Positions 32,744 to 43,295 of a stretch of 64,000 nucleotides of DNA are shown piece by piece (the stretch's first letter is position 1; the number at the start of each line of letters is the position of its first letter). The notes under the pieces are model-generated. The model had not been told where the DNA came from. It was given only the letters and a program-made list of their open reading frames with translations, and made no database searches. A program made the position numbers and the translations under genes. The stretch comes from a virus: the IMG/VR virus record IMGVR_UViG_3300029985_000036, positions 22,570-86,569 of that record; one strand, given 5' to 3'.

Positions 32744-35700
32744 TCATGCGGCATAACGAGGTTCCCGTTTCTTACTGACATCGAGTCCGTCATCAGAACC
32801 ATTTTTATTAGAAATCTGATTGGTAAGGTTATTGATAGTTGGTGCAATAACGGTAGGTGTTGCCTTTGATTGATTATTCATTTCAGCAAACACGCCTTTG
32901 TCGCCATATGCATCTTGTGTTGTTTTATGAAGATCCTTTAGAGTCTCATGAATGTTGCCACTCATAGATACCATTTTTTGCATAAGATCAGCCGTAGATC
33001 GGCTACTTGCAACTAGATCAGGATGCGTACTTGAAGTAGCAGCTGGTGTAGTCTGAGAAGGTACGGGTGCTGCTGGTATAGGTTGGCGTTGTGTTTGTGC
33101 TGAAGCCACGGCACTCCGAGTCGGTGCCATCACATTTTGAGAAGGTCCTGCATTACTACTTGCTATGTTAGCAGACGGAGTTGATGCCGCCGCACTAGGT
33201 CCAGCAGAAATACTGGTATTAGCAGAAGGTGGTGGGGTTATAGATGGCGAAGAGGAAGCTGAAGTATCTGCAATTTCAGTAGTGGGTCCTGCTGCAGAAG
33301 GAGAATCTCCACTTCCTGTCATCGTTGCAGATGTAGCTGTCGTATTATCAGCGGGTGCTGCACCTGGTGCTGCAGAGGCTACTGCGGTACCAGCAGTATC
33401 CCCTTGGAAAGCTTTTGCAACTGCACCATCTTTATTCTCAGGTGTAGTAACAATTTTGTAATTATTAGCACTATCACATGCAAGTTTGCTATTCGGACGA
33501 ATGTCTCTTTCATGAGCAGGTTGTCCACTCCATTGATCATAAACCCGAATGCCACCTGGAAATTTCGTGCTTGGTCCTAAGTAAATTGCAGCATGGGAAG
33601 AACCGTCGGTATGGTTGCCATATGCACCACTCTGATCAAATGTTGCAATAGCTGTTCCTGGTTTAAGATTAGGATTACCAACAACCGATTGTCCTGCTGA
33701 CCAGGATGACGTGTGTCCAATTCCAGCAGCACTTTTAACAAGATCCACACATTGACCAGAACCGATGGTACCACTCGGAAGACAAGCTGCTCCGCCTCCA
33801 AGAGTTCCAGAAGCACCGGGTTGTTGTGCAGATGCAGTCATAACTCCAGGAGATCCGGGAGCACCTGCTTTATTTTCATTAGCAGCACCCATAGAAGCAG
33901 CTGCTGCTTGTGGCGAAGATGCAGCAGAGGCAACGGTAGTTCCAGAAGCGGAATTAAACATTGCAATTTCTTGTTTGCGTCTATCTACCAAACCAGGAAG
34001 TTCATTACCTCCAGCATGTGTGAATTGACTTAACAATCCTGGAATTTTAGTAGCATCACCTTGTGCTTGTGAAATAACACTGGATCCACGACCCGTGTTG
34101 TAATCAAAAGAGGTTAAGGCATCTCGTTGATTAGCAGTTAGTGTAATGCCAGATTTTTTAGCAGCAGCATCGATTCGTGTTGCACTTTTAGAGAGTTCAT
34201 CATTAAGTCGTTGTTCAGCTATTTCCGGAGTGATGATTTCGTTTGGACCTGACGCTTTGGTTCCATAACCAGAAGTCCATTGTTTATAATCCCAGAAAGG
34301 TTTTGCAGTAAACTTGCCTTCTAGTTTCTTTACCATTCCAATTAAGGTGGGAGAAGAAGATCCATTATCATTGGAAGATGTAGTAGATGGAGATCCTGGT
34401 GCTTTCAATCCAGAATCAAAATGAAGATTCGAGATAGTAGCTGTATGTGCTGCGCGATTTGCAGCAGGCATCGCTGAATAATGTCCACCTCTTGGTGATG
34501 CTGGTACTGGTACATTTCTATAATCTGCATGCGGCGCAGAATCCATTCGTGGTGAAGGAACTGAATTATATCCAGGAGAGGACTGTGTCTTCGATGGAGT
34601 ATAATCATTGGCAGGGCTTTGTGGTGCTGTATAAGTAACAGGAGAAACCGTAGTTGAACCTGTGAGAGAAGCAGCTGCTGCTTGTGGATTAGCTGCGGGT
34701 GGGTTGGTATCACTTGGAATAGGGCTTACAGAATTAGCATGTTGAATAGCAGTAAGTGCAGCTGCCGCTCCTACCCCTTTGGATGTATCAACCGACGATA
34801 TTTTGGATGCAGAAAGAAATGCTTCTGGTGTGGGAACTTGGTTTTTATATGTGTCAATTAGAATAGAACTAAACTTGTTAAATTCATCTAAAATCATTGT
34901 GACATCAGAAGGTAGGATTTTAGATTCGTCACCCAATTGGTATTTATGATCTTGTAAAGTATTACGAAAGATTTTAAGAGTTGCGATGAACCTTCCCGTG
35001 ACCCATGATTTGAAATAGTCCATTGCAGCTGCATTTTTAGGATCAAACCCAAATAATTTAGCAAACTCTTGCAACTCTTCGGGCTGAAGTCTTGGTTCCG
35101 AGGTGTTGTTAAGAATTTTAATAACTCGGAGTTCGAGTGAAGCAACTGCCAATTGTTGTGAAGAGGTTACCCCATATGTCTTCATACGAGCTTTGAGAAA
35201 GATACCCTTGTTTCCAGTTGTAGCATCAATTAATGCATCTGTTTTTGATCGAGCTCGTTCAGCTAAGTAAATGCCCCCAACCAGTGCAGTGCCTATAGCA
35301 ACAGTTGCTAGAATTCCTGCACCTGCAGCTGCAATTCCTGCACCTGCAGCTGCAGCTTCACCCACTCCTACAATAGCGCTACCGATTCCTCGTATCGCGT
35401 TAACAGCACGTATACCATATCGGACACCGGTAGCAATACCAACTCCAGTAGAAACAACTTTTTTAATGGTACCGCTAAGAGATCCACCACCAGAGTCTTT
35501 ATTATTATCCTGAGGTTCTTTCTGATTCTGATCAGGAGAAGTTTTTGGTTTATCTTTACCCCATCCCAAACGAGGAAGTCCAAATCTAAACCCGCCTCCA
35601 CCGGTACGTCGTGATGCCCCTGCTGCATCTGGGCCAAACTGTTCCCGCTCTCGTTCATTGTGATCATCAAAACCATTTTCACGAACCGGGGCGGAAAGTC

Positions 35701-37003
35701 GTTCATCGAGTAGTTTATAGATTTTTTCTAGTTGTGCAGTAATCCGCTCACAGCATTCATCTTTACCCGTACGTTTGTGTTCTGTTTCCTCCATAGGAGG
35801 AGCTCGAGATCCCTCTGTAGCAGCAGCTGTCTCTTGTTTGTGAATCGGGTCTGTAGCAGGACCGTCTTGCGGTTTGGGTGCATTTTGTCCAGCAATAGAA
35901 CGTAGCAATTTGACAATTATGTTACGTTGAGAAGAACTCTTATCCCACAGTGTATCGGGATTCAGATTTTCCCTCAGATTATTTCGTTCTGCAAACGAAG
36001 CCGCCCCAGTTTTTACTGCGGTAAAGAGAGCATCTCTAACATCAGGTTTAGTACGAGTTGGCCAAATTGATGCAATATTTCCTCGTTCACGAAAGGAGTC
36101 CTTTGCAGATTTAACACCTTCATAAACAGCATTGCCAAATTTTGTTTTACGTACAGCATCGGTTGCATAACTGGCAGCAGCTGCCGCTTTTTCTTTGATT
36201 CCTAGATCCGGACGATGATCATTGCTAAAATAATCAGCGGCTGCTGGTGCCACTTTATTAACAGCAAAATCTTTTGCTTTACTAACAATAGCGGCACCAG
36301 CCTGATTTACTGCAGTATTAACAGCAGCAGTACGAATACGTCTGAGAATACCAACTGGTTTTACTATATCTGGAAGTTTGGTATTAATCTTAATCGCTTC
36401 AAGTTTGTTCTCCACCATATCGGCGAAGGCTTTGGTCAAAGTTACCAGATGATTTGTGGCATATAACTGTCTATAATTAAGCGCCAAACTTTGGCGCATA
36501 TAAGTAGTGCCAATAGTAGTCTGAAATTTAAGTATATTTTTAGAGGTAGTAAGTTGCTCTGCCTGTCCAGTAGTAACAGCTTGAAATCTAGAATTGAGAG
36601 TACGTTCTAGAATCAATGATGTTACTGCGGCACGACGATCTGCTGCTGTTTTAATAGATGGATCTTGTCGACTTAACAACGGCCCGAGCGAACGAGCAAT
36701 CGTCCCTCGTGCAGTTAAATATGGAGTTGCATTCAACATCACATCGTTTCGAAGTTGTGATGTTAGACTCAATACAGCTGGTGGTTTTATTACAATGGGT
36801 TTAAACTTGAGTGCCGCAGCAACTCCAGCATCTATCATCTCGTTGTATTGTGCACTATTGATATTAAGCTGATCAATAGTTCCTAATACAACTCCACCAA
36901 CAACTTCTTTGTCTGATTTAATAGGAGATACATGAACATGAATATGACTTGGGTCTTTATTTGCTTCTGCATTAGGACCAGACAGTTCTGGAATATCAGT
37001 CAT
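32744..37003 (-). CDS. Tape measure-like protein with C-terminal lysozyme and amidase domains (phiKZ gp181-like)
   Basis: 1419 aa; GH24-like (LEG..WD..WTSGYG..QRDALTSFDYNTG..GLVDRRKQE) and Tae2/BPSL0067-like (GQCVDLVK..PGTAIATF..HAAIYLG..VYDQW). Confidence 0.75.
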   Translation of the reverse strand: MTDIPELSGPNAEANKDPSHIHVHVSPIKSDKEVVGGVVLGTIDQLNINSAQYNEMIDAGVAAALKFKPIVIKPPAVLSLTSQLRNDVMLNATPYLTARGTIARSLGPLLSRQDPSIKTAADRRAAVTSLILERTLNSRFQAVTTGQAEQLTTSKNILKFQTTIGTTYMRQSLALNYRQLYATNHLVTLTKAFADMVENKLEAIKINTKLPDIVKPVGILRRIRTAAVNTAVNQAGAAIVSKAKDFAVNKVAPAAADYFSNDHRPDLGIKEKAAAAASYATDAVRKTKFGNAVYEGVKSAKDSFRERGNIASIWPTRTKPDVRDALFTAVKTGAASFAERNNLRENLNPDTLWDKSSSQRNIIVKLLRSIAGQNAPKPQDGPATDPIHKQETAAATEGSRAPPMEETEHKRTGKDECCERITAQLEKIYKLLDERLSAPVRENGFDDHNEREREQFGPDAAGASRRTGGGGFRFGLPRLGWGKDKPKTSPDQNQKEPQDNNKDSGGGSLSGTIKKVVSTGVGIATGVRYGIRAVNAIRGIGSAIVGVGEAAAAGAGIAAAGAGILATVAIGTALVGGIYLAERARSKTDALIDATTGNKGIFLKARMKTYGVTSSQQLAVASLELRVIKILNNTSEPRLQPEELQEFAKLFGFDPKNAAAMDYFKSWVTGRFIATLKIFRNTLQDHKYQLGDESKILPSDVTMILDEFNKFSSILIDTYKNQVPTPEAFLSASKISSVDTSKGVGAAAALTAIQHANSVSPIPSDTNPPAANPQAAAASLTGSTTVSPVTYTAPQSPANDYTPSKTQSSPGYNSVPSPRMDSAPHADYRNVPVPASPRGGHYSAMPAANRAAHTATISNLHFDSGLKAPGSPSTTSSNDNGSSSPTLIGMVKKLEGKFTAKPFWDYKQWTSGYGTKASGPNEIITPEIAEQRLNDELSKSATRIDAAAKKSGITLTANQRDALTSFDYNTGRGSSVISQAQGDATKIPGLLSQFTHAGGNELPGLVDRRKQEIAMFNSASGTTVASAASSPQAAAASMGAANENKAGAPGSPGVMTASAQQPGASGTLGGGAACLPSGTIGSGQCVDLVKSAAGIGHTSSWSAGQSVVGNPNLKPGTAIATFDQSGAYGNHTDGSSHAAIYLGPSTKFPGGIRVYDQWSGQPAHERDIRPNSKLACDSANNYKIVTTPENKDGAVAKAFQGDTAGTAVASAAPGAAPADNTTATSATMTGSGDSPSAAGPTTEIADTSASSSPSITPPPSANTSISAGPSAAASTPSANIASSNAGPSQNVMAPTRSAVASAQTQRQPIPAAPVPSQTTPAATSSTHPDLVASSRSTADLMQKMVSMSGNIHETLKDLHKTTQDAYGDKGVFAEMNNQSKATPTVIAPTINNLTNQISNKNGSDDGLDVSKKREPRYAA

Positions 37004-37040
37004 CGATAAGATTCCTCTAAATTAAAATATTGTAATAACC

Positions 37041-37919
37041 TTACTTAGCACTTTTAGGGACTCTATCTTGTTCTGGGGATAGAGCAGAACAGAGTTTTGT
37101 TTGGATAAATGTAAATATCGTTAAAATATCACATCGTGTTCTAATAAGGTGTTCTTGTTTTTCTACATGAACACGAGGATCTATCTCATTCCCAAAAATA
37201 GTTGGAGCAAATAGACGTTTACGTAAAAACTTAAGCGTTGTATATCCCTCACGAATATCTTCATGATCAAATAAAAGATTCAAATAATAGGTATAGATTT
37301 CATCATATTTCACAACTGAATCAAATGTCATTTTTGTAAAATCAATATAGTCGACAGTTACAACGACTTTCAATAGTTGTGAAAAATACAATCCTACAAT
37401 ATTTCGATCCATACGATTAAGTTGAAGCGGATATGTATTTATGATAAGTTGAATTGGATCTCGTTTGCTAATAACAGCAGAGTGATTGATATTAACAGCA
37501 ATTTGGGCTTGAAGTGTTACTATAAATTGAGTAACGGGTGAACTATGAAGAATCTTACTTGACCACAATGGATCAGCAATACGTGTCCGAATTTCAGCAT
37601 TGCTTAATTTAAAGGCTGGGAAATAATGAGCAATATCATTGAATTTACGGATTTGATATTCTGGTAATTTATCAATAATCGATCGATATAAAGCAAGATG
37701 TTCTTCTGGGGTTGATGTGTCTTTTCGTTCATCTCGAAAAGTCATCAATGCACCAATGTTGAAATCTTTAACCAATGCAAGATCCACATAAATCTGATCG
37801 GGAGTAATCAGATCCGATATAAGCATCTCTGCATTGAACCGTTTTAATTCCTCTTCATCGATCTGTAATGGTTTTTTATCTTTCTGTTGTGAGGTATCAG
37901 AGAATGAGCTATCACTCAT
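37041..37919 (-). CDS. Hypothetical protein
   Basis: 292 aa ORF upstream of tape measure gene. Confidence 0.7.
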   Translation of the reverse strand: MSDSSFSDTSQQKDKKPLQIDEEELKRFNAEMLISDLITPDQIYVDLALVKDFNIGALMTFRDERKDTSTPEEHLALYRSIIDKLPEYQIRKFNDIAHYFPAFKLSNAEIRTRIADPLWSSKILHSSPVTQFIVTLQAQIAVNINHSAVISKRDPIQLIINTYPLQLNRMDRNIVGLYFSQLLKVVVTVDYIDFTKMTFDSVVKYDEIYTYYLNLLFDHEDIREGYTTLKFLRKRLFAPTIFGNEIDPRVHVEKQEHLIRTRCDILTIFTFIQTKLCSALSPEQDRVPKSAK

Positions 37920-37989
37920 ATTAAAGATCCTAAAACAATATCATTGCGAGTCATACTATGACAATCGCGTCTTTGGAGAATAACATATT

Positions 37990-38478
37990 GTGCCTGTAAC
38001 CGTAACAAAAATCTTATCCTCTACAGAGTTTTTAGCTCTTAATAATGACGCAATGGCAAAAGGATATTATAATACAGATCCTCGAATCTTTACGCCGGGT
38101 ATGGCCTGGGAAGAAGATTGGATCTATGATCCTTTTGGTGTTCGTAAGGTAGCTGGTGGACACGTTATGATAAAATCTCCAACTGCCCCCAACAAAGAGT
38201 ATCTATCCATCCACTATTGGAAGGATTGGGCTCACATTAGACCACCCATCACAGTCGTGTGTCCTAACGGTGCCCACTGGGGTTGGGATCACAAATCTAG
38301 TAATGGTGATGGCTGGATTGTTACCAGTACAAACTCAGTGTTTTCATGTCACCCTTCCATTGTGGTTCCAGGATATCATGGATGGTTTAAGAATGGAACC
38401 TTTTCATCTGACCTAGAAGGTCGGGGTCCTACCGGTATTTCTAAACCTCTTCCAGAAGGATTGTTACCATGCAAGTAG
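37990..38478 (+). CDS. Hypothetical protein, DUF6527-like C-terminus
   Basis: GGAG RBS plus GTG; W..T....CHPSI....YHGWFKNG. Confidence 0.6.
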   Translation: MPVTVTKILSSTEFLALNNDAMAKGYYNTDPRIFTPGMAWEEDWIYDPFGVRKVAGGHVMIKSPTAPNKEYLSIHYWKDWAHIRPPITVVCPNGAHWGWDHKSSNGDGWIVTSTNSVFSCHPSIVVPGYHGWFKNGTFSSDLEGRGPTGISKPLPEGLLPCK

Positions 38479-39953
38479 ACGCTCCATTTAATGTAAAGCT
38501 TTTGGATGTTAATGCCTACATTCGATCTTGGTTTGTACATCCTGTTGTCGATCTTTCTTTTTATGCCCCCTCCTCAGGGAATGCCTTCTCTCAAACAGGA
38601 TTATTCTCAGAAACCATCTTTGGCACTCTGGGTTCAACAGAACGCATGGTAACCTTTGGTTATATTGCACTGAATACATCCGTTCTTCAGCCACTGATCT
38701 ACAAGAATCTCATTAAACTTGCAGCGCTTTATGAAGAGATTATAACGGGTAATGCATATGCCCGATTCAATGATGAGACACATGATTTTGTGCGATGTCC
38801 AGATCCTGAAAAGTTTAATGATGCAGGTACTGGATATACCTTCTTTATGAATCGGTTTAATGACATTCAATTTGCACGAAATGATTCAAGAATCAGATCT
38901 GATCGAATTGATATCATTGAGAAATTCCGAGACATTCTATTTTGTGATAAATTCTTGGTACTCCCTGCAGGTCTTCGTGATCTTGCAGAAGATCAAGGTG
39001 CTGTTACAACAGATGATATCAACAAACTTTATCAAACATTGTTGTCCTATAGTTTTGCTCTTCCTCCTCATTCCAATAGTACAATCTATGATGGAGTACG
39101 AACTTCTATTCAAAAGAAAGTCGTAGAAATATATGATTATATTGAAAATATTTTAACAGGTAAAAAGGGCTTTATTCAGGGGGTTTGGGGACACCGACAT
39201 GTAGCTCTTGGTACCCGGAATGTGATCACTGCAGCTTCATATGCGACCATGACGCCCAATGACCCACAGACCCTTCAACCAGATGAAACCAAGCTCGGAT
39301 TGTTTCAGACAGCAAAGGCTTTACAACCCATTGTTGTTCATCATATCAGAACCAGTTTCTTAGCACCAGTATTTGGAGAAGGCTCCAATCTGGTTCCTCT
39401 TACAGATCCAAAAACATATGAACTTGCCTATCGATCTCTCAGTAATAAAGAACTATCAAGATTTGATAATCCAGAGGCCATTGAAGATTGGATCTCTCGA
39501 TTTCAAAATGTTGATATCAGAAATCAACCCGTCACCATTTATGATGTCGAAGGTAAACCTTTTTATCTTTTAATGGTTTATGATGAGGGTGACGAGATCG
39601 CTCTCTTTCGAAGTCTGAATGAATTTCAGAATGTATTTCTTCGTGAAATTGATCATTCTAAAATTCGTCCCTTAACTTGGGCTGAGTTGATCTACATGGC
39701 TGCTTATAATGCATCTAATGGAAAACATGTATTCATCACACGGTATCCCGTTATTCAAGATGAATCTTGTTATCCGACGAAGATTCATCTGAGTTCTACT
39801 CAACCGGCTCGTGTTGTCAGGTTGATGAACACAGTTATTGATCAGGTTGTTTATACCTATCCTGAATATCCAATTCTGGGAAGACCCTTCCTCGATAGTA
39901 TCCAATTGGCGACATCTCGGCTAAGTGGTCTGGATGCAGACTACGATGGAGAT
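38469..39953 (+). CDS. rpoC: Virion RNAP beta'-like catalytic subunit (phiKZ gp180-like), exon 1
   Basis: GLFSETIFG, GYIAL, VLPAGLRD, GKKGFIQG, TRYP and catalytic DADYDGD at exon end. Confidence 0.85.
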
Positions 39954-41780
39954 TCAACTACTTATTGTTTTCTGACAGAAAACCCATAGCAATTCCTACA
40001 TAGTCACTTGCTTATGGACTTTTTAATTCTGACACTATATTATAGAATTTAAAAGAGTAACTATAATGTCAGAAGAAGAGTTTGTAAAAATTCCTCATTT
40101 TTCTAGATACTCCATTTCAAAAAATGGAACTGTCATAGAAGATGTAAAACACCAAATTGTTGTACCGACATACAACAGATATGGACTTCCAATCGTTGCC
40201 CTAAAAAATGAACGCAATAATTTGTGCAATATGTCTATTGCCAAACTTGTATTACTTACTTACAACCCACTTGTAAATAATAATTATCCTTATGTAACTA
40301 TTTCATATGTAGATAAAAATATAAAAAATATTGTCTTAGACAATCTTGAATGGAATTTTGTCATATATAAACCTCAATTTATTCCAGGTATTAATATACG
40401 AAATGATGAATTTGTAACTGTTTATGGAACAACAGATTACATGATTAATGCATTTGGTATTCTACTTAATAAAAAAGGTAAACAACTAACGGGACACACT
40501 GATAGCAGTGGGTATATTAAAACAGAAATTGATGGTGCCGGAACTACAAGTATCCATCGATTAGTTGCGCTTACATTTTTAGAACATCCGATTGATACAA
40601 CTGATCTGATTATAAATCACAAAGATGGAAACACCAGTAATAACTATTATAAAAATCTTGAATGGTGTAGTTATACCAATAACATTGATCATGCGTATGA
40701 TAACAAAATGAGAAGTCAAAATATTCCGATTTTAGCTATGGATATTGAAACTCGTGAGATTGTGAGTCATTATAGTTTACGTGATTTTTGTTATAATGTT
40801 GAGATTCCCCACATTGCGATTTGGTGGAGGTTGCGAAATAATAGAAATATAACTCCGTATCATGGATTTTATATCAAATATACTACAGATTTAAGGCCGT
40901 GGCCTAAAAAAGATGGTGTTGTCAATGTGTATGAAAAGAAAAAAATATTAATTAAAAATATGTCAAGTGGAGATGTAACTATTTTCACAAGCTATAATGA
41001 AATAACACGACAATATAAATTTCAAAAGAATTCTATTTTATATCAACTGAATAAACCAGAGCCGGAACCATATCACGGACTTCTTATTAAATTTGAAAAT
41101 GATAAACCTTGGCCACTATACAGCGAACAAGATCTTCATAAATATTCACTTAAAAAAATGCCACAGAGTAAGCCCATTTCAGTCTATAATACACAAACTC
41201 AAGAAACAAAAACCTATGAGGGAATTCGAGAGTTTTGTCGAGACATTAACTATAAAGCTGAGATGTTTATACGAGAAAAAGTCAAATCAAACAAACCCTT
41301 TAAACACTATGAAATAAATTATCTGTAACAATAGCGATTATGTCGGTAATCCTTATTGTAAATTGTTAATATGTTCCTGTCAGAAACAATAGTATACAGT
41401 CCATCTTGATGGTAACATCAAGAATGAATTCCCTTTAATTGTCTGGAATCTCCTGTTAAACTACATCGCTACAACGTGATCCCAAAGGATGTACGTGAAT
41501 GCTTGAAAAGATGTAGGTAGGGACAACCAGCAGCGAAGTTCTTCCGAAGCGTCGTGATGACGGATTGGGTGGAAACCGTTCAACGATCAGAGCCTTTCCA
41601 GCTTGTAGAGCCCCAGTGGGGCAGAAACGGGGGACATCCTATTCTCTGTCAATGAGAGGACAAAAGGTAGGATGAAGATATGATCTGCCCCGTGCGGTAA
41701 CGTACGGCAGGTGTCTGTGCACACCGGGTTGATAGAGAAGTATCTCTTTCGAGAGATACCACGGATCAACTGGACAAGGG
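39954..41780 (+). mobile_element. Group I intron in RNAP beta' active-site region, carrying HNH endonuclease
   Basis: Exon ends in U (GAT), intron ends in G; core elements AATTGTCTGGAA (P), AACCAGCAG (Q), GTTCAACGATCAG (R), AAGATATGATCTG (S) at about 41435-41690; splicing restores DYDGD-TVSAN. Confidence 0.85.
40066..41328 (+). CDS. Intron-encoded HNH homing endonuclease
   Basis: SIHRLVALTF...INHKDGNTSNNYYKNLEWCSYTNNIDHA, degenerate N-terminal duplicate, NUMOD-like C-terminal repeats, AT-rich. Confidence 0.9.
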   Translation: MSEEEFVKIPHFSRYSISKNGTVIEDVKHQIVVPTYNRYGLPIVALKNERNNLCNMSIAKLVLLTYNPLVNNNYPYVTISYVDKNIKNIVLDNLEWNFVIYKPQFIPGINIRNDEFVTVYGTTDYMINAFGILLNKKGKQLTGHTDSSGYIKTEIDGAGTTSIHRLVALTFLEHPIDTTDLIINHKDGNTSNNYYKNLEWCSYTNNIDHAYDNKMRSQNIPILAMDIETREIVSHYSLRDFCYNVEIPHIAIWWRLRNNRNITPYHGFYIKYTTDLRPWPKKDGVVNVYEKKKILIKNMSSGDVTIFTSYNEITRQYKFQKNSILYQLNKPEPEPYHGLLIKFENDKPWPLYSEQDLHKYSLKKMPQSKPISVYNTQTQETKTYEGIREFCRDINYKAEMFIREKVKSNKPFKHYEINYL

Positions 41781-41939
41781 ACAGTTTCAGCTAATGCTAT
41801 GCTATCGGATGAAGCTAATGCTGAGGTGCATGAATTTCTTGGTAGTATACAATCAGTTGTTAATGCACAGAAAGAAATACTGATAGGAGGTAAAGATCAA
41901 CTTATCAGATACAGCCTCTATGCATTAAGTCAAGAATAA
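41781..41939 (+). CDS. rpoC: Virion RNAP beta'-like subunit, exon 2
   Basis: TVSANAMLSDEANAEVHEFL...ALSQE*, 52 codons, continues DYDGD after splicing. Confidence 0.75.
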   Translation, partial: TVSANAMLSDEANAEVHEFLGSIQSVVNAQKEILIGGKDQLIRYSLYALSQE

Positions 41940-41955
41940 AAAATAAATGAACCTT

Positions 41956-41988
41956 TATCCAGTGTTGTGCATTGCACAACACTGGATA
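41956..41988. terminator. Bidirectional hairpin terminator
   Basis: TATCCAGTGTTGTGCA-T-TGCACAACACTGGATA. Confidence 0.7.
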
Positions 41989-41997
41989 TATTCTTCA

Positions 41998-42267
41998 TTA
42001 CTCAAAAGTCAATCGACATTGGGGCTGGAGGTTGTGTACTGGAAGTTGATAACTACTCGGTGTAGTTTGAGATTTGAATATTCCAACATCAACATTCAAC
42101 GCACGGGCCAATAATTGCAAAGATGCTTCTGAAAAGTCGAGGGTTCCTGACTCATATTGTGAAATTTGTTTTGGAGATATATCCATGACATATCCCAGAA
42201 CATTTCTCGTATAACCTCTCTTTTGTCGAGCTTCTTTAATACGAAAGCCGATTTGACACTTATCCAT
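41998..42267 (-). CDS. XRE-family HTH protein
   Basis: IGFRIKEARQKRGYT..LG....ISPKQISQYESG...LARALNV. Confidence 0.85.
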   Translation of the reverse strand: MDKCQIGFRIKEARQKRGYTRNVLGYVMDISPKQISQYESGTLDFSEASLQLLARALNVDVGIFKSQTTPSSYQLPVHNLQPQCRLTFE

Positions 42268-42290
42268 TTTAAACTCCGTACGATGCGAGA

Positions 42291-42884
42291 TTACGATTGA
42301 GTCGCAATCAGCTTATCAAGATTGACAAACCGACTAGCCATAGCTGCATACTCCTGATTTCGTACAGTACTGCTATTTTCCAGAGAGGAAGTGCGCAAAT
42401 CAACTAGCTCTTCAGGTGAAAACACATGTCCAACCTCAAGTATAGTTTGATTAAGCTCGTTTATCCGATTTTGATACTTCCATTCAATCATTTTAATCAG
42501 GGCAGTTTTAAGAGCTTGTGGATTCTTGCTGATTGAAACAGCATAAGTGTCTGCTTCAATTTCAAGTGTTTCATTATTCAATATACCAGCGACTTGCATC
42601 GTTTCAAAATGCTTCAAAACACTATGTCCGATTTCATGAAGCACGACATTGTGTTGTTCAGCTTCTGTCAACACTTCACACAGAGACGACACGATAAAGA
42701 CATATTGACTCTTTTTGGTGACACGCTTCTGAAAGCAAACTTCCGGTAAGTTCTTTTTCCATTCAGAAAACATGGAAGAAGACCCAGAAAATCCCATAAG
42801 ACAAGCACCACCCATCATATTCATACAAGTGAACAGTGCCGGAGAGGTGTTGATTTTGTCGACAACGATGACAGGGATAAACAT
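42291..42884 (-). CDS. Zincin/M48-like metallopeptidase-domain protein
   Basis: VVLHEIGH...EIEADTYAV...ALIKM; start refined using GGAG RBS. Confidence 0.7.
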   Translation of the reverse strand: MFIPVIVVDKINTSPALFTCMNMMGGACLMGFSGSSSMFSEWKKNLPEVCFQKRVTKKSQYVFIVSSLCEVLTEAEQHNVVLHEIGHSVLKHFETMQVAGILNNETLEIEADTYAVSISKNPQALKTALIKMIEWKYQNRINELNQTILEVGHVFSPEELVDLRTSSLENSSTVRNQEYAAMASRFVNLDKLIATQS

Positions 42885-42917
42885 AAGAATCTCCATTTGA
42901 TAGATATTGAGTTGAGG

Positions 42918-42953
42918 GTTCAATAAAGTGATATATGTCTAAAATAGAATGAA
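42918..42953 (-). promoter_or_regulatory. Phage early promoter
   Basis: Minus strand TTCATTCTATTTTAGACATATATCACTTTATTGAA. Confidence 0.7.
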
Positions 42954-42992
42954 GTTCATTATATGCAAAAAATAAAGAGACAATTGTATCAC

Positions 42993-43026
42993 TGATCTCT
43001 GGGATCCATATGGATCCCAGAGATCA
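42993..43026 (-). terminator. Perfect 34-bp palindrome terminator
   Basis: TGATCTCTGGGATCCAT|ATGGATCCCAGAGATCA with minus-strand U tract. Confidence 0.7.
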
Positions 43027-43046
43027 TCTTCTCATCTATTCAACGT

Positions 43047-43250
43047 TTAACTAAACGTAGCAGTCTCCTCAAGCCAATAATCATAGTTGACCGATCCCAT
43101 AGCCTGCTTAGAAAGATACGATTGATCATGATACGGTTTGAAGTTTATTTTGGCATTCTCGAGGATCCGCATCATCGACTGTAATCCTTTGGGTCCATCT
43201 ATAACCAAAGTGTGACATCTGTGAATATCGAAATACACGATAAAGTACAT
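43047..43250 (-). CDS. Small hypothetical protein
   Basis: 67 aa, AAGGAG RBS. Confidence 0.65.
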   Translation of the reverse strand: MYFIVYFDIHRCHTLVIDGPKGLQSMMRILENAKINFKPYHDQSYLSKQAMGSVNYDYWLEETATFS

Positions 43251-43295
43251 GGGATTACTCCTTGTTGGTTGAATTATATTCTTCGATTTGTCTGC

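Noticed and set aside
39954-39989. ORF-track C-terminus STTYCFLTENP of the RNAP subunit
   Set aside because: Read-through into the intron; the true C-terminus is exon 2 at 41781-41939.
41587-41769. 60-aa minus-strand ORF
   Set aside because: Antisense to the group I intron core.
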